In this document: piece by piece, positions 1 to 11,185 of the stretch
Position numbering within the stretch: the stretch's first letter is position 1
How the letters are laid out: each line of letters opens with the position of its first letter
The notes under the pieces: generated by a model
Told to the model about the DNA's origin: nothing
The model's database searches: none
The model's input: the letters and a program-made list of their open reading frames with translations, nothing else
Translations under genes and position numbers: made by a program
Origin: Mytilus edulis
Taxonomy: Eukaryota
Direction: 5' to 3'
Assembly: GCF_963676685.1 (NCBI RefSeq)
Contig: NC_092353.1
Coordinates: 68,448,001 to 68,512,000, forward strand
Length of the DNA stretch: 64,000 nt

Positions 1-1106
1 TAAATGGGAAAACTTAAAAAAGGACATTTTGTATAAATGAATAAACCTAGTTTTACAGCTAGCTGCATATTTCATTTGTATGCAAGTTGCATTAAATTTC
101 CTTAAACTGAATAAAATTAAAAGAGACAATAGGTAAAAGTCAGTGACAATAAAAGGAAAAGAGCAGTCAACATAGTGTAACAATTCGACATAGTATATAA
201 AAATATAAATAACTACGTAGGACAACAGGGTAATTTAATAGTCTAACAACCCCTGATAACATACAAAGAGAGAAAAAAAAAACATACTAGGAAACATATT
301 CAAAAAATCATAACACAATAACTAACTGGTGGGATGTATAAATACCGAGCCGCGTCAAAGAGTATTCATCAAAATACACATAGAAAGAAACAGAGGTGAA
401 GGTAAACCGCAAACATATTATTAAACTCAAAACATTAAAGAGTATGGAAAAGCCTTGGTCTGACAAGCGAAAAACGTCGACAAGACGCACATCAGTAAAT
501 AAAAGTTCAAACCATAACCAGGATGGAGTACGTACTCGAACCACAAACCCCACATAAAACGTCTGTGGTGTAAGTATGATGCGTTAATAAAATCACATTT
601 GGTGGTGAATGAGTAGTATAAACGGCCGCGAAGGTTACAAATATGATGTTAATTGTCTTCTAATTGTTGAAATTATAATTCTTAAAATTTTAAATCAAAA
701 GTTACCCACATCTAAAAATAAAGTTACGGACAGTCTGCTTAGTTTCGATCAAAAAGTTACGGACATCTTATGCATTTTTTAAAGTTGACCTTGCGCTTTA
801 GTGAACTCTATATTAACAAATTTATGGTAATTGTTAGTCAATTCTTTATTCAATAATCCTATAAATATTTACATTCTGCATGAAAAACGTCGCAAAAGGT
901 ACATTTTGTATGACTTAAATATCAACGAGTTTAGAGTCCGCCATCTTGGGCTGTGGGTAACTTAAGTTACCCACAGCCGTTTAAGCACAGTGATCTTCTT
1001 TTCTGTTTCTATAGTTTTTTCAATTCCACATCAATTAGAATCAATTGGATAGTTGTCTCATTGGCCATTAATCATTTCACATCTATTTATGTTTATATCT
1101 TTCCCT

Positions 1107-1759
1107 TAACGTAACGGTACCCAAATTGCACCGAGTACCCAAATTGCACCGAGTACCCAAATTGCACCTATTTATCAAAAATAGCAGCGAAAATCTTACA
1201 AGATTTCCTAGAGACTAAAAAAATGGTATTTTTATGATTTGATACTATGCACGTCTTTCAACATAGGTAAAAATATTTAGATATACACAAAACGTTCACA
1301 ATATTTATCAACAGATGAAGTGTTTACTGAAAAAGCAAAATGTACTGAAACGTCGCCATGCGACGTCATCAAAACGTCATCTTTTTAAAATTAACAAATA
1401 CAATACGTTTCAAGTATCCATTTCTTAAAAAATGAAGAGTATGCATGAACAAATATCCAATTGTTCAAAATATTTGAAAAAAATAAACAAAAGCTCTGTT
1501 ATTTGACTTTTGACGATGCGAATTTAAGCATGGATGTAATTTGGGTACTCCTCATTACAGAATCTGGGATGGTTTGGAGGTAAGTTCAGACCAATTTTTC
1601 TATGATTCCTTATGGATTGAAAATCAAATTGATGTACCTTTATAATAAAGAAGGATACGGCTACAAAATAAACACAAAATGGAAATTTTTGTCTTGATCA
1701 TAAAAAAACTTAGTTGAAAAAACTGTCAAAATAGGTGCAATTTGGGTACCGTCACGTTA
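1107..1759. mobile_element. Non-autonomous TIR element (Tc1/mariner/pogo-type MITE, TA target)
   Basis: TA|ACGTAACGGTACCCAAATTGCACC ... GGTGCAATTTGGGTACCGTCACGT|TA. The left end contains an 18-bp triplication. Confidence 0.7.
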
Positions 1760-2577
1760 CAGTGTACAAACAGATCAATTTATAATCTATTTTTTTTTTA
1801 ATTTGATGAAACTATAAAGATTTGTAAAGTAATAAGCAATTATCTGAGAACCCCTAAAAATAGTCATATAGTAGTTTTTACCAATTTACCAATATGTTAT
1901 AATTTCCATTCTAAAAAGAAGAAAAAACATTGATGACATGGATTTAGGCAAATGAGTTTAATTTCTTGAAATTCTCAGAAACATAAATCCTATGGATTTC
2001 CTGTAAAATTCTGAGTCAATTGCAATTGCAAGCAACATGAGCAAAGAAACAAAAAAAAATATTGGTTAAAGATACAGTCATGACTTTTTAATTTTAGATT
2101 TGTAAGTCTCACTGGTTTTAAATGTACATGTAAATAATAGTGAAGGGAGGACTTGGATACATTTCTGTCAAGCTTGTCCAGCTTGTTTGCAAGTTGTATA
2201 CTGTCTTTTCTCTTTCCTATTAAACGTTGAATCCGGAACTATCCATTGAAAATATTTCAATGAATACATTTTAAAGCAGATACCTGCTCAGTGAGCAGCT
2301 ATATAAGCAATTAACGATTCAAGAAATTTTAATTCTAATGGGAATAACACTTCCCCATTTTAAATGAAGTAAATAGCACTGAGTTCTATTAAAAGAGAGG
2401 TAAATTAACTTGACTCTCAGACAGTGTAACTGTATGCTATTTTTAAGGGCAGGAACAAGGGCAATGGATTAGTTTTTTAAGGGCTGGAACATGGGCCATG
2501 GTTAAGTAACTTTAAGGGTAATTAGTTTTACGTGTAGGCATCGATGAGTTACATGTATAGCAGTGTGTCCCATTATC

Positions 2578-2687
2578 TAGTCCAAATAATAATGACTTCT
2601 TGAAAGGCTATTTCATTTATTTGCTTTGACGCCTTACTGCGAAGTCGAGGCATAAAATATAACATAGCCTTTCAAGACGTTGGAGAA
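2578..2687. mobile_element. Degenerate copy of the ~120-bp hairpin MITE (TAGTCCAAATAAT termini)
   Basis: Similar to 3852-3969 and flanked by ccattatc on both sides. Confidence 0.6.
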
Positions 2688-2919
2688 ACCATTATCTAGT
2701 AGAATTAAAACAGCACTTTATTAGCTATGCTAGCCACATACACCCTTATAAAAGCTCATTTGTAAGAAAGGAAGCTAACAATGCCAGGTATACCAGATTC
2801 AAATATCACTTTTGTTAACTGTCTGATATGTACAATGATCATGATTGATGTACAGTAATTAATTTTGAGATAAACATATTATGCTCTTGCCATACATGCC
2901 ATATGGGTTACAAAATTTG

Positions 2920-3049
2920 CAGTTCAAATAATTATGACGTCTTGGAAGGCTATTTTAAATTTTTGCTTTGACCCCTTCCTGCGTCTATGTAAGGCATCAA
3001 GAAAAAAAATATAATAGCCTTTCAAGATGTCATATTATTATTTGGACTA
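2920..3049. mobile_element. Hairpin MITE with 9-bp TSD (CAAAATTTG)
   Basis: Inverted termini cagttcaaataattatgac...gtcatattattatttggacta, with a direct 9-bp flank. Confidence 0.7.
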
Positions 3050-3851
3050 CAAAATTTGCACCCTACAAATTATCTGTTTAGAAGAAATACCTAGACAGGG
3101 GAAATGTTTTAAAAAGATATCAAGAGACAAAAGTCATACTCTGCTATTGCATATGACATGTATGGTTTGCACTGTTGCAGGAGTTAATTCTATAAAGGAT
3201 AGCCACTGGCATAATTTATGCAAAAGGGTTGGGTCTTTCAAAAAACAAGGCAAATAAGGCCGACAAGGCAAATGTTATACTAGTAATTTTGAGCATAAGT
3301 TATTCTTGTTAGTGAAGCTTTAGATAATAAATTACTGTCATGCCGTAATTTACTATTTAAAACATATTCTTCCCACGTGTTTACCTGCCATAGTTTTGTT
3401 TATGTTTTTATGACCAGTGAATGGAAAAATCCCGAGAAGATCCAAGTGCATCTTCCGTAACGTGTAGATTTCGCCACGTTAAAAGTCACTTCATATATTG
3501 ACTACAGATGACACTGGTATGAATTATATTGGCTTTATTATATTGGTGAAGGTAAATATACTTAAAAAATTAACATTTGTCTGCATTTTTTTGCTATTTT
3601 CTTCATAAAGAGAATAAGTGTGGACACACACAAATGTCCTTTTAATTTCCTATAAAAATAGTCTTAATTGGGCATCGTCGATACAGTTACAGGTGTCAGA
3701 CCACCAATTAAAAATCCCTATCTGTTCAACCAAATTTTGCAATTTTCACAGCTTTCTAAATATTTTACCTTAATTTTAACTTCATAGAAACCATGTATAT
3801 CCTTAATTGTACATGTATCAGCTTTCTACATGCCAATTTTCACCATACCTT

Positions 3852-3969
3852 TAGTCCAAATAATTATGACGTCTGGCAAGGCTATTTTATTTTTTTTCTG
3901 GGACGCCTAGGAAGGCGTCCCAGAAAAAATTTAAAATAGCCTTGCCAGACGTCATAATTATTTGGACTA
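3852..3969. mobile_element. Near-perfect 118-bp hairpin MITE with 9-bp TSD (CCATACCTT), possibly AcademH-related
   Basis: TAGTCCAAATAATTATGACGTCTGGCAAGGCTATTTTA ... TAAAATAGCCTTGCCAGACGTCATAATTATTTGGACTA, with an exact 9-bp direct flank. Confidence 0.85.
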
Positions 3970-5319
3970 CCATACCTTTAAAGCCTTCTGACAAAATAAC
4001 TGACCATCAAACAGAGGTACTCCAAAACAAAAACCTGGTTTTCTGGAAATTTAAAATTAGTATACTATGCATCGCATTAATCCTCAATTTTTAATGCAAA
4101 CTCATAGACAAGTAAATTTTGGCTCAAAATGATCTAGATATATTTCTCTTTCACCAAAAGTTTCATTTCTGCAAGTAAACAAGGACATCAAAAGCACTAT
4201 TTTGTGTCAGAGTAGGGCTACTTTTACATACGTTCTAAATTGGAGGGAGTAATTGGTGATCTGACACCTACAGGGGAGGTAATGACGTTGCTAAAGTAAA
4301 ATGTTATTTTCGCGACGTCAAACTGTGAAATATCGGGAAAAGATGCATTTTTCGACTGATTTTTATCATTCAAACTGATTTAATTTGAAAAACGAGTGCA
4401 TGGACCCCTATTTTTTAAAACGACATTTTGTTTCATTTTGCAGGGAGATTATGTGGACCGGACTAGGGGCTATAAGGGCCATTTTTGGCCCCACCCCCAA
4501 ATTTCATTTAATTTGTCATGTTGTAAGTCTATACCATAGACCTTCTGAAAATAATCGAATTTTGGGTCTAGTTCGTTTATTCTGTTGCCTAGCAACCACT
4601 AAAATGGCGGGGTTAAATTCATCAAATATGATTATTATACAGCTTTAATATATCTTTATTTGAAATTGAACCTGTTTGGCATGTAGTGAACTTTACACTT
4701 GTACACTATTTTTAAAATATAACATAATTAATTGCACATTTTTGCCAAATTCACTGTTGTTTCTCCCTAGCAACATATCTGTGCCCATGGCAACCGCGAT
4801 TTGTTTTCTATTTACAAGATTTAATTTTAAATATATTGAAACAGAAAGGCAATTTAAGATGTAAATTGTAAAAAGAAACGAACTCCAAGGTAAATATTAA
4901 GGGGGAAAGCAATATTGAAACAGGAACAAACAAAACAAAACGCCGGATATTGCTGATATATACAGATTGTGCATCTGATGCTGGGTTGGGTCTCACTTAT
5001 CAGCGACAAGAAGAATGATATAAAGGCAAGACACATTTAGCGCTAAGAAATCTTAATATTGATTATCTTAAATAAATAGATACAGACACATTCCAAAGTC
5101 AGTGTATTTCCATGGCAGTAGTTATGTTTCCGGAAGGGATTGGGGTTGAAGGGGGGCACTTCTATTTACACCTTTTTAAGCTTGAATAAGTGAAAAGTTA
5201 AGAAAACTATCAGATATATATGATATAACTTTTTTTCCTACGCAATTTAGGAAAAGGTATATATTTTTAAAATGTAAAACTGGGTAAGGTGACAAAACAG
5301 CTGTATTAAGTATTGAAGT

Positions 5320-5320
<1 letters not shown>

Positions 5321-5362
<42 letters not shown>
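5321..5362. repeat. Poly-C homopolymer (42 nt)
   Basis: Read directly from the sequence. Confidence 0.9.
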
Positions 5363-5538
5363 TTCTAGACTTAAGTAAAGGATCGTTAGGGTTGACTTTT
5401 CGAAATTCATCTTATTTCTATTATCTTTTTCAGTTGTCCAGACTTATAACCGTATCATTCTATATAATTACAAAACTGGAACATGCTACTATATCAAATA
5501 AATCTGTATTCTTAGATTTTTTCTATATTCATTATATA

Positions 5539-5576
<38 letters not shown>

Positions 5577-5992
5577 GATTATCGTTGGTCATCTCAACGA
5601 GATTGATTTTCTCGCTTGAGCTGGTACAGCGAAAGTGAGAAAAGCAATCGAGTTGAGATGACCAATGATAATCTGTTTATCGCTATTTTACCTATGAGGA
5701 CGTTGTCAATTTCATGTCAATTTCGTTAGCAACGCCACGTGGACTCCTTAGTTTCTAGCGATAATTTTCCCATCTCAAGCGAGAAGCATGATATGAAAAT
5801 TATCACAAAAAAAGATCAAAAGAAAAATGCACAAAATAGCGATAAATATATATATATATCATTTGTTATTTTGTAGTTTTTGTCAATGTGGCTAGTTTAC
5901 TTTTCGCCTTTACTAATCTTAGTGTCGTATGACTTGGTCTTTGATCATCATGACAATTCAATATTCATTATATATTCGTCAAAATTATTGAA

Positions 5993-6388
5993 AACAAGAA
6001 TGTGTCTTTAGTACATGGATGCCCAAATTGCAAGACTAACAATGGCCAGGAAATCCGAGGTTAGGACAGGCCCAAAAAATCGGCAGATTTAAACATGTTA
6101 TTTTTGCTATCTCAAACCCCCTCTCCGTTTACCTCTAGGCAAAGTAGAAAAAAATCAAACACACAATACACACATTAAAATTTACTTCAAAAAAAGTCTG
6201 AGTCTGATGTCAGATTCAACTACCTTGACCAAACACTTAAACCTGAAGCGAGACACAAGGACAATCGGATGAACAGACTGACATACGCACGGACGAACAG
6301 ACTGACATACGCACGGACGAACAGACTGACATACGCACGGACGAACAGACGCATAGACCAGAAAACATAATGCCCACAAATGGGGCTT
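5993..6388. mobile_element. Helentron/HINE-like non-autonomous element
   Basis: aacaag start, 24-bp GACA/GACG-rich microsatellite units, terminal short hairpin gcccacaaatggggc. Confidence 0.6.
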
Positions 6389-6550
6389 AACAACAAAGCC
6401 GGGTCACATTTTAAAATGTACACTTCATTTTTACGCATGATTATAAAACTATTCAAAACATAACCTTTAAAAAGGCAACAGACATGTAGTATGCTTACAG
6501 ACTTCAGGCTCTTGTTTCTATGCATGGAAAGGTCAATTATCCATATATAT

Positions 6551-6980
6551 AATCCCCAAGGGTGACTGGGGTATAGAAATATGGTCACTTGGTCTTCTCC
6601 CGACCGGCAGTAACACACTTGCCGAAGTGGGGCGTCCGCTTGGCTGTGCGGGATGTATCAAGTTCACAGTCACGTCCGGTCAGAAGGGGGACGTTAAATC
6701 CGATGCCTCGTGTAAAGAGAGGGCCACGCTCTTTGCGCGTTTAGAACCCTTGCAACAACTCTCTGAGGGTCCGTAGGTGGCCTGTTGCAAGGCAAAATTT
6801 CTGTCCCTATCCAATATGCCCTCTTTTTCCGGTGGCAGTCCAAATTTCTCCGACCTTCATCCCAGGTGACCTCTATTGTATCAACCTACCTATTGCATTT
6901 ATTGTGAACTTGTTCTCGTACTGAATATGCATGAAATATTTGCCACTGGACGTTAAGCAACCAACAATCAATCAATCAAT
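6551..6980 (+). mobile_element. SINE with Meta-domain-like core and (CAAT)n tail
   Basis: Core ggggacgttaaatccgatgcctcgtgt...gcgtttagaaccc, 3' tail ttgccactggacgttaagcaaccaacaatcaatcaatc, flanked by atccatatatat duplications. Confidence 0.6.
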
Positions 6981-9359
6981 CCATATATATTTTTATATAT
7001 ACATTTGTAAATTTACAGATCTTACATTGTTGGGTTGATGTTTAGACGAGTTGTAAATACATAATGTACATAGCCATGTATCACCATCACTGCTGGTGAT
7101 GCAATGGATAAATCTGTTGTAGAGTTGTCACAGGCTCGGGCGTACTTATATAATTATATATTTCTACATGTTTATACGGATATATGGATAGTCTACCTTA
7201 TGCTGTTTCCATTTTTTACCATCAAATTTTTAAGATCTCTATGCACATTCCCCACAAAGACACATCCAATTGGAATATAGGTAGGATCATCTTCGAAATA
7301 AATCTCGTGTTTCTCGCCAATTATGGAAATTTAAGTAAAATACACCCCCTCCCTTTTTTTCGTTACATAAATCATGGATCTGACCCTAATACCAGAGAGA
7401 GAAGATTGCCCCATTCAAACAACAAATTTGAATTTATAATTAGCAAAAACATCAGAAATGTACAGATTTTGTTATGTTGAAGGTCTATCTAAAATTTCAT
7501 AATATAAAAAAATGTCCTCAAAGTTGTTATTGACTGCCTTACACATGAAGGTCATTGCTGTCGGATTTTTTTTAAAGAAACTTAACTAGATATACTTAAG
7601 AAAATATATAATTAGGAATACACTTTACATTCATAAACAAAAAAAATAAGTTTCTATAGGCATAAGAATGTATAAACTAAACTTTGTCAGATGAACTGGT
7701 CCAATTTGGACGGCAAATTTCAGCTTTTTATTGCTCCGCTTGGCTATAAAAAATATAAAATAAACTATCGCACCAACCTTGCACCAAAAAGATTTTTTAT
7801 GCGAAGTTTGATATGTATGAACTTGCCAAAATGTTAAAATTTCTAATTGGTGCAAGCATGGTGCGGTGGTCAAAATTTAGAAAAACCATAAAATTTTCGG
7901 TATTTTTGCTTATTTTCCCAATAATGACGTCATTTACACCTACCATTGTGACGTCATTGAACCTTTTTTAGTTAAGTAAAAACATTTTTTTTAAATCCTT
8001 TACTCATATTCTAATAATTTATGGAGAAAAATCTGCTCTGTTAGAATTTTTATTATCTTGTAAATATGGGGCCATTTTAGGCCATTAAAGCCCCTACTCC
8101 TTTCATAAAACTGTAAATAGTGCAATTTTTTTTAATTTTGATAAATATACAGCAAAAAATGAAGTTTTTTCTCAATTCATGACCATTTGATAAATATGAG
8201 TTATTTCTGAATAAAAAATGCATATTTTTTTTAGGATACTTATAAAATACAGAAATTACAAATTATTTAACAAAAAACAATTTGTGTTTATCTTTTAAAA
8301 CAAAAAAGTTATGATTTTCTTTTGAAAGGAAAAATACGGCCACAAATCTGAATTTTAAACAAATTTACAAAATTTCGATCTCATTTTACTCAAAAAGTAG
8401 CACATGAAGGTATATTTTTTATTACATATTTGATTTAATCAGGCAAAAAATAGCCTATATGGAAATTTTTATCGAACTGTAAATACGGGATCACAACTGG
8501 ATCGTATGCCCTTAAGTAGCTTAAGGAAACAATAGGTACAGAGGATTTAGTAGCTTTAGGAAAACAAAGGTTCAGAGGATTGTAAAGTAATATCTAAGTT
8601 TTGAACCTGGATTTAGCCTTTTTCTTAGTTTATTGATTAACGTCCAGTGGCAAATAGTTCATGCATGTTCAGGATGATTTTCAGTCAATGAAACTTTCAA
8701 AGTTTCAATAACATGGAGATTACCAACATCTGAGCTATTCTTTTGAATAGATAAACCAAATTTTATATAAAATAATCAAAATGATTGCCAATGCAACACT
8801 AGTGTTATATGTGAGAGCTCAACCCTCCCCTAACCTTGGACAGGGGAGTATAAAAAGCACAAGTAAATAATTAGATTTATCTCAAAAGACCTGTACAAGG
8901 CACACAAACAACATAAAAACATAAGACATAAAGCACTGATAAAAAATTAATTGCAGAAAGCTAATTACAACATGTTCTCCCATTCTAAAGTCTCATTCAG
9001 TGCACATGCAACAGATTTAGTGTAACGATCTCATAAACAGTCATGGAGTAAAGCATGATCTTGTAATTTTCCAACATGACCAAATTATGCATAAATAGTA
9101 TAAACCAGTATGCAGAATCATGAGTTCTCAAAACAGTGAAAATTGCAATAATTTTACACTGCTTTCATTTGTTCTTCAACCTGACAGTTTCTTGGTTCAT
9201 GATCTTTAAGATGAGACCAAGAACTCAATCAAGACTTATAGATGAAGATTCTACCAAAATTCTACACTGTAAAATGTTACTCTTTGACGAATTGAAAATT
9301 CTCTAACACCACACTGCCCCAACAAATCCTTAAAAAGGCCTATACTCTTGACCTTCATT

Positions 9360-9857
9360 TATGGCAAGCCGTTTTACTATTTATTCTAACTACAAGATAT
9401 CTAATAAACTTCATAAGATATCTCATATAGTTTATAAGATATCTTATTGTTTATAAGATATCTTATATAGTTTATAAGATATCTTATAAAAAATATATAA
9501 GATATCTTATATTCTTTATAAGATATCTTATATACTTTATAAAATATCTTATAAAGTTTATAAGATATCTTATATAACATGTATAATTTATAAGATATCT
9601 CATATAATTTTCTTTATAAGATATCTTATATACTTTAGAAGATATCTTATATACTTTATAAGATATCTTCTAAAGTTTATAAGATATCTTATAAAGTATA
9701 TAAGATATCTTCTAAAGTTTATACGATATCTTATAAAAACTGGATTATATAAGATATCTTATATATTATATGAGATATCTTATATATTTTATGAGATATC
9801 TTATATATTATATGAGATATCTTGAAGTTAGAATAAATAGTAAAACGGCTTGCCATA
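9360..9857. mobile_element. MITE with TATGG termini and 6-bp TSD (IS3EU-like), filled with palindromic ATAAGATATCTTAT repeats
   Basis: 32-bp perfect TIR TATGGCAAGCCGTTTTACTATTTATTCTAACT, with TTCATT directly repeated at 9354-9359 and 9858-9863. Confidence 0.85.
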
Positions 9858-10021
9858 TTCATTATAAATGTTATAAATGATACACATATTTTTCCTGGTA
9901 TGACAGTCAAATATTAGCTATGGCAGAGAGTTTCATGATATATGTGTTCATAATTCATTCATGACTTTTATATTTCAGATTTCCCCTAACTGATTCTATT
10001 GTTTGTGCCTCAAGTGTTAAG

Positions 10022-11185
10022 ATGGACGATTCAGGAAAACTGCCTAATTTTGTGTTTCAGTATGTTTTGCCTCATTGTGTAGAAAATAAATTCATAAATA
10101 CTGCAATTGATAAAAAAAGTCAAGACCTGATAATAACAGAATTCATACCTCAATCAGACGGAACTAATAGAATTACCAGGAATGCAGTTCAAGTGCCAAA
10201 GGAAATAACTAGCAAGAGAATTATTGGTCAGCCCATTTGTATTGGGTGTAAAGGAAGTTTTTATGTTTTTCAATTTATTTGTACCACAGTTTCACACATA
10301 CAATTCTTCTCTGTGGACGTAGACAACAAATCGGTAAATGTATTTAAGGATTCTGTGTGTTATTTTAGTCGTGATATAATGACTGTGGCACCGGTAGAAT
10401 GTCACATTAGCACAGACAAGAAGCTTATATTACTAAGACTGCCACAAGCTGTGCTAAAACTAAATAGATATGCAAACATTCTCTTGACAGTGAATGGTGA
10501 AATGTGTAACATTGGCAAGTCAAAGCTGCATGACAAGAAATACACTTGTGTCAGATTTCTTCCACACTATCCAAGTCAACTATTGATGGTAGAATTTAAT
10601 AACATTTCATCAAAATGTCATCTACGAATATATGACATGACAACACAAGAAGTAAAAGCTGCCAAAGATCATTGTATAAATACATTCAGCATTGGTTATA
10701 TTGATGGAGATAACAGTGCAGACACCTGCTCGGAAGAAAATACAGTTATGTCCCTTTGTCAGACATCTCTATTGTATGATATAACTTGTGATTTAATAAT
10801 TCTAACTTGTTTTCCTACAGTTAACACATTTGTTGCAGTATTTGGTTTTAGAGCGGAGACCTTAGAGGCAACGTTTTCATTTAAAATCAATGTAAATCTA
10901 AAATGCAGCAAAACAAATGAACCGAAAACAAGTTTACTTGCTACAGAAATGTCGAACTGCAGTACTGTGGTGAATGTGTACAGGCTGTCAAAATCTCAAC
11001 AGAATAGTGGTTTGATTAAGCAGACAGTAACAACTGTTAAACTACCAGTTGTGCTCAATTTGAAATTCCAAGTAAGAGCTGTAATACTTCAACACTTTAC
11101 AGGAGACAAACTACAACTTGTGCTAGATGCATTACCAAAACCATTAAAGACTTATATTTTACTTGGTTATAATGAAACCGTATGA
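10022..11185 (+). CDS. SOCS-box-containing protein (387 aa, single coding exon), putative Elongin BC-Cul5 substrate adaptor with an uncharacterised beta-rich N-terminal region
   Basis: Long uninterrupted ORF in AT-rich DNA. C-terminus LPVVLNLKFQVRAVILQHFTGDKLQLVLDALPKPLKTYILLG fits the BC-box plus LPxP Cul5-box pattern. Splice acceptor tatttcag at about 9978, 43 nt before the ATG, implies a 5'UTR intron. Confidence 0.75.
   Translation: MDDSGKLPNFVFQYVLPHCVENKFINTAIDKKSQDLIITEFIPQSDGTNRITRNAVQVPKEITSKRIIGQPICIGCKGSFYVFQFICTTVSHIQFFSVDVDNKSVNVFKDSVCYFSRDIMTVAPVECHISTDKKLILLRLPQAVLKLNRYANILLTVNGEMCNIGKSKLHDKKYTCVRFLPHYPSQLLMVEFNNISSKCHLRIYDMTTQEVKAAKDHCINTFSIGYIDGDNSADTCSEENTVMSLCQTSLLYDITCDLIILTCFPTVNTFVAVFGFRAETLEATFSFKINVNLKCSKTNEPKTSLLATEMSNCSTVVNVYRLSKSQQNSGLIKQTVTTVKLPVVLNLKFQVRAVILQHFTGDKLQLVLDALPKPLKTYILLGYNETV

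Larger units (their letters stand above)
4460..8100. mobile_element. TIR element inserted into an older element, itself carrying further insertions
   Basis: Imperfect TIRs ggactaggggctataagggcc / ggccattaaagcccctactcc. The host sequence before 4460 matches 51885-52020, resumes after 8100 and ends in a ...gtatgccc|TTAA terminus at about 8515. Confidence 0.55.

Noticed and set aside
5321-5362. Poly-C/G tract as a functional G-quadruplex
   Set aside because: It lies inside nested TE sequence, and homopolymer length is unreliable in assemblies.
9400-9830. CRISPR-like appearance of palindromic repeats with short spacers
   Set aside because: The context is eukaryotic, the spacers are 3-12 nt and low-complexity, there are no cas genes, and the array is enclosed by TIRs and a TSD.
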